This document shows, one piece after another, positions 19,763 through 64,000 of a stretch of 64,000 nt of DNA. Origin of the DNA: the human T2T-CHM13v2.0 reference genome, Homo sapiens. Within the stretch, counting starts at the first letter, position 1, and each line of letters begins with the position of its first letter. The translations under genes were made by a program, and so were the position numbers. The notes beneath the pieces are model-generated. The model was not told the origin of the DNA. It did no database searches and saw only the letters and a program-made list of their open reading frames with translations. The stretch lies in the NCBI RefSeq assembly GCF_009914755.1, contig NC_060928.1, one strand, 5' to 3'.

Positions 19763-20343
19763 TAAAATTCTATATAGGCAATGTATGCTAATGTGGATGA
19801 CTGCTAGCTACCCTGTCATTGGTATGCCACAGATGAATAGTAAACTGATAATGTTCATTTAAATTCCAATACAATGTGTTGAGAGCTTAACTGCTGCTGA
19901 TTATTACATGATATTTAGGTCAGAAGAACTCTGATGATTGAATGGAAGTGGGCTTTGAGCATGTACCCAGACTTTATTATACAGTTAATTTCCCTAGAGG
20001 TGTTAAATTTCAGTTTTTGGTCTAGAAGCTGTAAGAATATTCAAATTTGAGAGAATACATATTTGTTTTTTACAAGCTCATCATCTTATGTATCCTAATA
20101 CTATGCCAAATGTTTTCTTGGGATTGAATAAATGTAATTTTTTTAACTTGGCCTCTGTTGATTCATTGGATGTTTGTTACTTTGAATATAAAAGCAGAAC
20201 TTGGCAAGTCATACAACTCAATTTGGCAGATCACTCACTCTTAGCAAATGAACTGTGCCCAACATAAATCCACTCTAAAGTTTACAGAGGTTCAGTTCTG
20301 TACCAATGGAAATGAGAAGTTAGCTAAGAGTACAAGAAGCATG

Positions 20344-20380
20344 CTGATTGGCTGATGCAGGGTAAGCAGGCTACATAAAA
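20344..20380 (+). promoter_or_regulatory. TDO2 core promoter: inverted CCAAT box and TATA-like CATAAAA
   Basis: ctgattggct (reverse agccaatcag, NF-Y consensus) at 20344-20353; CATAAAA at 20374-20380, about 90 bp upstream of the ATG. Confidence 0.7.
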
Positions 20381-20465
20381 GGCAGCTGTAGAACATCTGG
20401 GAAGGTCAATGATAGCATCTGCCTAGAGTCAAACCTCCGTGCTTCTCAGACAGTGCCTTTTCACC

Positions 20466-36758
<16,293 letters not shown>

Positions 36759-37147
36759 AATCGTCTGCAAAATCTATGAAGAATACTGGTTTCACAGCCT
36801 ATTTTTTATTTTCTATGGATTTTCATAAATACAGTTTGAATATATGTATGCATATATTGTTCAGCACCACGATGCTCTGATTTAATTCTAGAAACAATTT
36901 GATTACCTCTTGTTTGTGACAAGACTAAGCATTAAGATGAGAAAGAATACATTTAAATAGTAACATTGTACATAGGGTGTTTTCCTATTAAAAATTCAGT
37001 TTCCCCTGAGACTTAATGTAACCACTTAATGTAATCACTATCTCATTGTTTCATCTTTATAAACTTGTAAACTTCATCTATTTCAAATATTTTATGCAGT
37101 ACATTATATTATTCTGTACAAAGGCTTTCAAACAAAATTTTTAAAAT

Positions 37148-37153
37148 AATAAA
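37148..37153 (+). terminator. TDO2 polyadenylation signal
   Basis: AATAAA 390 nt after the stop, followed by a GT/T-rich downstream element (tgtattgtttttg). Confidence 0.8.
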
Positions 37154-38300
37154 GTATTAATCTTTCTCCCTGTATTGTTTTTGAAATATTGATTGTATTT
37201 GTTAGGAATCTTAATGACCAAAGACAGAAATCTATCTGAAGTTTGTCTAGAGGGGATATACTGAAGAATTACTAGCTTGCAGAATTCAAATGAACACTGT
37301 CCAAAAAGCCTTGAAAGAGGAGCCTGAAAACTCTGATGCCACAAGGACTGGGTCCAGTTCCTGGAGTGCTATATTCCTGGAACACTCTTCTGAGATCTTT
37401 TTTGTCTCATCTCTTCTCTGTAGGTGTTGGCTTTATTCTTTCCTGCAGTAGAACAGCTTCTGTCTCAGGCTGGGTCCCAGTTTCCAGCACCATCAGACTC
37501 ACACAGGGCAAAGCTTCTCTTTCCCCCAGCTCCCATGCCTGTGGTCTGGGAGGTGGAGTGAACTCTAATGCATGCAGAACTGAGGTAAAAGCAAGGAACA
37601 GTCCCCTCAAAGAAGATGTGCTTTCCAGAAGAAAGTACACAGACTGGACAGTGACCCAGTTCATTTCTAATAAGACATTAACTAAGCTAAGAGTTTAGAT
37701 CAGACATGAGTTTTAGTCTTCTTTTTCTAGCTTGGCCAGGTTATTGGGAAAACTTAAATTTTTGTTATGGGAGGAAGTACATAATATTATTTAAGAAATC
37801 TAAAATGTATGTCAACCTTGACCTAGAGTGATTATCACTAGCAAGCAGTGAGTTCTTGATGGAATTGAACTATTCTTTGGTTTCATTTGCAAGTTTTTTC
37901 TTATAAGGTCTTATAAGGATTATATCATCTAGTTTGTCTCAGAATTACATATAATTGTTTTTGTCTCCATGACTGTTGTGTGCTCATGTATGTGTGTATA
38001 CACAGTATCTGATGGTGGCTAGGCTGATATAATACAGAGGCAAATGGCATGGTGGCTAAAAGGCACTAGCTTTGAAATCAACAAGCTCGAGGGCAAATTC
38101 TGGCTCTGCCATTTATTAACTATCTGGTACTATCACCAGTTGAAGCCTAGTTTCCTATCCATCTGGGGATAAAAGTACTTATTTTATAAGCTTTGCTATT
38201 TCCCAGGAAAAACATGTGTTAATAGATATTCTGTCACCAAAGTGCCTTAGAATATTGGTGTAAATGTTATTTGTCAACGTTTATCATTATTTTAATAGAC

Positions 38301-38822
38301 TGTATTAGTCAGGATTCTCCAAAGGGACAAAACTAACAGGATCGATGTATATATGAAGGGGAGTTTATTAAAGAGTATTGACTTACAAAATTACAAGGTG
38401 AAGTCCCACAATAGGTCTGCAAGCCAGGAAGCCAGTCCAAGTCCCAACACCTCAAAAGGAGGGAAGCCAATATTGTAGCCTTCAGTCTGTGGCCGAAGGC
38501 CCCAGAGCCCATGGCAAATCACTGATATAAGTCCAAGAGTCCAAAAGTTGAAGAACTTGGAGTCTGTTATTCCAGGGCAGGAAGCCTCCAGCATGGGAGA
38601 AAGATGGAGGCCAGAAGACTCAGCAGGTCTGTTCTCTCCATGCCTCCTTTCACACTGGCAGCTGATTAGACAGGGCCCACCCAGGCTGAGGGTGGGTCTG
38701 CCTCTCCCAGTCCACTGACTCAAATGTTAATCTCCTTTGGAAACACCCTCACAAACACATCCAGGAACAATACTTTGCATCCTTCAATCCAATCAAGTTG
38801 GCACTCAATATTAACCATCACA
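38301..38822 (-). mobile_element. MLT2 LTR (HERV-L)
   Basis: tgtattagtcaggattctcc...ctcaatattaaccatcaca. Confidence 0.88.
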
Positions 38823-39503
38823 ACTTTGTCAACTTGAACCCATCCACATCTCCTGAAATCACACATAATCTTCAACTGAAGCCAATAATAAGGTCATAAT
38901 TACACCTAACACAATACAGCTATCCTTTGTACAACTGGAAGTGCACCAATCCCCAATCCAAATGCTATTACCTAAAGTTAACACTTAAATGCTGATATGA
39001 AGTCAACAAATCTTACATCACATGATAAAGGAAAAATAAAGGAAATAAAATGAATATATTTTCTTAGTACAAGTATATATATGTGCAAACATGTTCTCAA
39101 CAAAATAAAGAGGAAATACTCATGACAATTACAGTCCTCATTTCTGCAACTGGTCACATGGCTGAAGCTGCTATTGATGACTACCTTATTCCACTACCCC
39201 CATTCCTTATTCTCTTTGCCTTCAGCAAGCACCTCAGCAGGTTGTGGCTTTGTACCTGCTGGAGTGACCCAAACCTTCATTCCTGAAGTATCTGGGCCAT
39301 TTGTAGTCCTGCCAGGATTGTGCCGTTGTAGTTTCCCATTGACATTAATCACAGGGCATGGCAATACTAAGAGACACCCTAAGGGTTCTCCTGTGTTCCA
39401 TGCCTACTCTTCCTTACCTCCATTGTGGAGTAGTAGACTGATTTCGTCTTCATAGTCCAGGTCAATCACCCTGGCCAATACTGTAACTCCCTTCTTAGCC
39501 TGT
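38823..39503 (-). mobile_element. HERV-L internal 3' fragment
   Basis: Contiguous with MLT2; ttgtcaacttgaaccca... resembles the recalled HERV-L internal end. Confidence 0.75.
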
Positions 39504-39875
39504 TGCATTAGTCTGCTGTTATGCTGCTAATAAAGACATACCTGAGACTGGGTAAGTCATAAAGGAAAGAGGTTTAATGGACTCACAGTTCCACATGGTT
39601 GTGGAGGCTTCACAATCATGGTGGAAAGCAAAGGAGAAGCAAAGTCATGTCTTACATGGTGGCAGGCAAGAGTGCTTGTGCAGGGGAACTCCCATTTATA
39701 AAACCATCAGATATTGTGAGACTTATTCACTACCATGAGAACAGTATGGGAGAAACCACCCTCATGATTCAATTATCTCCACCTGGCCCTGCCCTTGACA
39801 TGTGGGGATTATTACAATTCAAGGTGAGATTTGGGTTAAGAGACAGCTAAACCATATCATAGCTAAACCATATCA
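39504..39875 (-). mobile_element. THE1 (C/D-like) MaLR LTR with terminal 16-bp duplication
   Basis: tgcattagtc...gctgctaataaagacatacctgagactggg...aaaccatatca. Confidence 0.88.
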
Positions 39876-40914
39876 TAGACTATATGGTTATATTTAGTTC
39901 TTTACACCTATATTTCTTGGTGTGACTAAGCTAGAAGTTGCAAGAGTTTTATCAAAGGATATATCAGTCATTCTTCATGTAAATATCAAAATAATTTAGA
40001 CTGCAAGTTCCCACCCTCCCCAGTCACACTTGCTTCTAGTGCTGATGACCCACTTTATAACTTTTAAATGGGCTAGAAAATCACTGTAAGGTGGGCTAAT
40101 TTAGTATTCACTTTGAGATCTTTGTGAAACCACATCCAGAAACACGTTGATGACTTTCATTATGACTTCTAATTATTAGGTGAGGATTTTGTTGCTTTGA
40201 CTTCAAGTAGTTTGTTATGGCTGGATCACAGCATAAGAGTGATCAAACTATGCAGCACAGCAGCAATCACGGTTGAAAAGGTAGAGAGGGGCTTCTTCGT
40301 GAAAACTCACTTAAAAGAGCTCACATGGTATCATAAGGCATTGGGAGCCCTTGAACGGTTGTGAACAGAGAAACTGATAACGTCTTTGAGAAATGTAAAT
40401 GCAGGGGAAATACAGTAGATGGACTATAAGAACATCAATCTGAATCACCAGACTTTGGGTCTGGACTAAGGGACATAGAGAATAATGAGTAGGCTACTGA
40501 ATAATGGAGATAAATGACACTAAAGAACATGCAACTAAGAAATGACAGTAGCCACAGGAGGTAGGTAATTCATTGATGGGTTACCAAGGTGCAGATGACC
40601 TGCTTAAATGTTTAGGATTTGTCTTAATTTTATTGATTGGGTGATTCCATAATGTTGATTCTGTTAACCAAAATAGAGGCTCTTAGAGGTAAAGGAAATT
40701 TTTGTTGGGGGTGGTGGGAGAAGTTAGGGAGGATGACGAATGGAGTTTCGGAAACACTGAGGTTAAAGTGCCTATGGAGAAAACCAAAAGCTGGATATAT
40801 TAATTTAGAGCTGAGAAAACTGTAAATATAAAGCACATTAATACCGTGTTGACAAAATGTAAGCCATACACTTAAGAAGAGGTTCTTTTTAAACCAAAGT
40901 CAAATGTAGGTTGT

Positions 40915-40920
40915 TTTATT
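40915..40920 (-). terminator. Probable CTSO polyadenylation signal
   Basis: tttatt on + (AATAAA on -), ~1.9 kb after the stop; consistent with a ~2.9-kb mRNA as recalled, but other AATAAA candidates exist. Confidence 0.55.
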
Positions 40921-42799
40921 GTAAATGTCATCAAAATCCAGAACAGCAGAAACATATTAATCAGTTTGAAATTTTAGAAATCCTTTAGCACTTGAAAAAG
41001 AGTATTACAAATGCATCTATATCACATAGAAAGTCAGCGAATACAAACTAGACAAGCAGGACATAGTTCTTTTCTGGCATTCCAGGATAATAAGAATATT
41101 TATCAATTAAAAGGTCAATATCTGTCTTCCTGAAATAACTCCAAACCTGAGTCAACACACATTCTTTTCGGATTGGTTCTGACTGGCGTAAGAAGAGAAA
41201 TACAGCATTTTGTTTTTTATTTTGTTTATCTAATCACAGGGAAGGATAAACAAAGGGCAAAAGTGAGAGAAAAAGTTAGATGTCCTTGAATTTTTTTTTT
41301 TAGTGGTTGCTACTGCATTTCATGTTTCATTTTTGTTAGATCATATACATTAGAAAAGAATGATACATTTTAGAGAAGAAATATGTACATACATAGTATC
41401 AGAAATAATTTTCTTGTATTGATTCATTTAATATGGTTGTGCTTATATTCAATCAGAAGGTCAACTCCTTTGCTCTAAGGTTCTTACACTGCTAACAAGA
41501 AATGGCTTTTTTCCTGTTGCAGGTCATGAGCAGCACACAGTGTCCTTTCTAGGCACATAGGATCATCGATCACTGTGTGGACGCAGGCTAATCAGAATTG
41601 CACCTGAAATCACTTGTGCAATTAGTGATGCAAGAGTGATCACAGGAATCAAGACTGGGAGCCAAGAGAAAGAACAAGAGGTGCACAAAGAAGCAGTTCA
41701 GATGGGAGACCAGGAAAGCTGAGGGGAAAACTGGGAAACAGATTCTGGAAAACTCACAGTTTGTTTGATACCCAGGGTTAAGAGATGGGACTTTGATAGG
41801 AGTGGTGCTTATGAATTAAGGGAGGAAGAAAGAGGTGAGATCCTAATGTTGGTAAAGGTACAGAGACAAAGGGAGCCAACCAAGTGGTAAGAAAATAGAA
41901 ATGGAAAGTAAAAATGAGACTTAATTCTTTAGTCAGGGAAGCCAAGCCACCAGGAAAACTTGGTAAGAGTAAGAGAAAGAGGGAGAAAATATGAGATAAT
42001 ATTTTGGTATTTTGATATACTAGAGAACAAAATATTATTCTATAGTATAAAAAGAACAAAGTAAGCAATATGATCTATTGGATTCCTATTCACAATGAAA
42101 ATTATCAAACAATAATTTGTCTCTCAGGCAATGCTACTAGAAGTTACTTATATAGTTGCCTTATTGTTCATTTAATTTCAGTTTAACTGAAGCGATTTTG
42201 CCCTTTTCCTTCCTTCTACGTGGTCACTCTGCTGTTCAAAGGGTAAGCACCATTTGTTCAGGTAAAGCAATTGGTGTTTGAAATCCTTCCGATAGATACG
42301 CCATCTCAGAGGGCTGCTAATATAACTAACTGTACAAGACACACATAATTTTAGGTTGGCCATTCTTGTGTATAGGGGTAATCTAAAGCTAGTAGTTACA
42401 CCCCACAAAAGAAAATAAATTCTTATGACCTCTTTGATCCCACCTGAAATATCTCACAATAAACAAACAAATAAATAATAAGCAAACAAAAACAAACAGT
42501 AGCCTTCCCCAGTTGCAGGGGCCTAAAATATCTCCTAATCTGAATTTCGTCTCAGGACAGGAAACTATTCCATAGGCTTCCTCGCAGGCTTCTGTGCTGG
42601 AGTTTGTCCCACTGACTTTGGTTGTCCATCTCTCTACAAGAAGGGAACATTCTGAAACTTAGTTTAAATACTACTAGGCCTTAGAATCTTTTGTAGGTAG
42701 TTGCTGAAACTTGAAGTTGAATAATACTTTGAAGTACTATGTTACATTGCATTATGAAAACCTTCATTTTTGTAGCTGTCTCTTGATCTGCCCAACATG

Positions 42800-60029
<17,230 letters not shown>

Positions 60030-61739
60030 CTAGAAGAAAAACAAAAACTATTTCATATCCACTATGTCAGTTTTCCAAAGTAAACTGTGTATAACTAACT
60101 TGGAGAAATTTTTCAATTATAAAGTTAAAGCTTGATTTCCTTCAGACTACAATGTAAAGTTGTATAAGATATCCATAGGAGATTCATAAATATTTTCTAT
60201 TAGAATTATTATCTAATTGCAGACATTTTTTGAGGCTGAGAAAAGTGTATTTTATTCATTTATAATTCCCCATCACCAGGTTTGTTGCAAGCATTCCATA
60301 TACAGCTGTTAAAGTATTGACATAGTGGGAAAAAAGAAATAGACTGCAAATAAACACTAGATAATAGAAGCAAATTGTCACCTTTAGACATTCACTCATG
60401 TGGTTAAACAATTATGAATATGGAATATGTCCTCTTCACCTTTGTGTTTCCCGGAACTAAGTAATGAAGCATGAAAAACAGACTGGGTAAATAAATTAAT
60501 AAATCAATCTGATTCTATTAAAGCTTTATAGATATCTCTATCTCATGTAGGGTACAAAGGCTCTGTGACAGATGCAATTCTGGAAATATTTGAAGAAGAT
60601 AGCCTGGTTTCTCTATCTGGAGGGGAAATGTGACCATTATTTACTGATTTCTCAACTTTGAATTTTGTGACAATTTATCTTAAGCTTATCTTTTATATAT
60701 AAACATGCTTCAATTTCGTAATACTAACCAATTACATAGAATAAATAAAATTTCAGGGGGCTATCATTTGGTACCTTTCCAACCCTAGCGCTTCTACATA
60801 TTTGTCTATGTACTCATGTGTTTATTGTGTGTCTGTATCAAAAACCTATAAGCAAAATGATGACTGCTTATATGTCTTATTCCTTATGGTGAGACACTCA
60901 CTTAGCACATGGCTGACACACAATAGATCCTTGATAAGTGTTTGTTGTTGAATAAATAGATAAGTGACATTTTCCATATCATGCCCTTAATAACTTTAAG
61001 CTGTTTATTTTTAAGTAAATTATTGCTGGAAGTTGTCATAATCTTATTTTTTTTCCTTTTGTGCATACCTAGGAAGATTGCTAATCAACAAATTAATACA
61101 GTTTTTGAGGTACTTTAAAATAATCTTGATGAAGCAAGGCTTTCAATATAACCTGGATATATAAATGTAAAAATAGAACTAGAATACAAGGTAATTCTGT
61201 ATATGGCAAATGACAAATATAAGCCAGAGACTATTAACTGCTAAGGAATTCAGAGGATTCATTCATTCAATAAGTACTGCCTGGCCATCTTTGTGAGCTG
61301 GAGTAGTCAGGAAGGCACTGAAAATGTAGGATGTTAAGAATGCACAGGAGAGAATGTGGCAGCCATGAGAATGTGCCTCCCAGCCTTCTTTCTATAGGGA
61401 GTTTAGCTGCTGCTAGTTGAAATCTCCATGATCACACCAAGGGAAGCCACAGTTCTTACGGGCTGCACCTAGCTCATGACTTAGTGCTAAGGCTTGCTAT
61501 TTGGGAGACAAATGGGACTCCCCTGACAGCTGGTTTTTGATTAATGACTCCCTGATGGCCTTGCCAAACCAAACTTTCCTTGGACTGTGAGACAGCATGG
61601 GACTCTTCCCCAGTCTTCCTTCCTTTTTTCCTTCACTCAGGGTCAGAATTACATTGCAATCAGATAGCTCTACCTGGACCTCTCCCTATTAGTTCACAGG
61701 AATTGCTCCTGTGATTGATTAAAAAAAAAAAAAAAAAAA

Positions 61740-62665
<926 letters not shown>

Positions 62666-63625
62666 ATACCACACACACACCACACCACACCAAATGCGCA
62701 CACACACACATATGCACGCACATGAGGTATAGACTGGTACGCCCTTTCAAGATCCTTAAAATTACACAAATTGTTTAATTAAGAAAATCTAATTCTAGGA
62801 ATGGATTTTAGACTCTTGAGTGTAGGCAATGCTGTACGTGTGGGTTCTACACGTGTGTCTGGGAGGGGAGGCAGTAGTTGAGCCACATACTCTATTTAGT
62901 TGGAGAGCTAATGCAAGTTTATCTCACTAGATCATTTGTGACATCTACGAGAGAAACAATATATTGCCACTCAAGTTGGCAAATGCCAGATGAAACAAAC
63001 TTATACATCGTTGGCAGGGAGTTCCCATGTACTTCTCTTAATTTTTGTGTTGCCTTATAAGTGTCATTTCACCATCCAAAGTTTAGGTGTTCTGGTTGTG
63101 AAGTAGTTATAATAACACCAATTTAATAATGAAATAAATGAATGTATTATTTATTTATTTTAAATATTTATGTCCCTAATTTTCAATGATGATTCCAATA
63201 ACAGTTACTTGGTTTTGGTCTTGTGCCATGTGTTTGAAAAGACAAATATCTCCACATATATTTTCTATTTGTTACCACTTGATACACTGTTCTTTATGTC
63301 AGCGGCACTAGTGTCTGCAGGACTTCTGAAAATGTTGCTGTCTTCCACTTGTTCAACCAGGAGCCAACTTCTAAAAGAATTCCATTTGCTATTCTGGTGT
63401 AATGACTCCTGTCATTTCACAGCTCTCCATAGCCCATGTCAGGGCTACTCAATCTTTATACAAATTGTTGACTTCCTGCCAACAGCAAAATACTCTAAAC
63501 CACTAAGTGCTCTGCTTCGTCCTCTCCCTACCACTAATCTCTACCCACTTGTTTTGATTTTGCAAAACCATTAATAACATTAAAAGTACTTCCTTGGAGG
63601 CTTCTGAACACAGCATAATAATAAT

Positions 63626-63924
<299 letters not shown>

Positions 63925-64000
63925 TCTTTTTAACTTTGCAACAATTTGAAATGTCTTACCATTGCTGTGCAATTTTTGGCTATATAATCAACCTCTCTGA

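Overview
Human genomic DNA (a human-specific AluYb8 is present); the locus is TDO2-CTSO. The complete 12-exon TDO2 gene (tryptophan 2,3-dioxygenase, + strand, CDS 20466-36758) splices to 1221 nt / 406 aa. It converges tail-to-tail with exons 2-8 of CTSO (cathepsin O, - strand, CDS 42800-60029; exon 1 lies beyond the window). The 20 kb upstream of TDO2 is a transposon stack: MER4, MER41, two solo MER11 LTRs, two fused L1PA elements and Alus. Nearly all ORF-track entries are repeat-derived or spurious. I see no wholly new gene system. The most notable observations are: (1) a GC-AG intron 8 in TDO2 with a competing GT donor 4 nt downstream that gives an immediate stop; (2) a chimeric insertion in that same intron, copied from introns 7 and 10, which has gained a GTGAGT donor and forms an in-frame 105-nt cryptic exon; (3) a THE1/HERV-L/MLT2 composite retroelement bounded by one 5-bp TSD; (4) MER11 and MER41 LTRs as candidate TDO2 enhancers; (5) a ~226-nt AG-free polypyrimidine/G4 tract before TDO2 exon 6. 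Repeat subfamily names come from recalled consensus sequences, not a RepeatMasker run.
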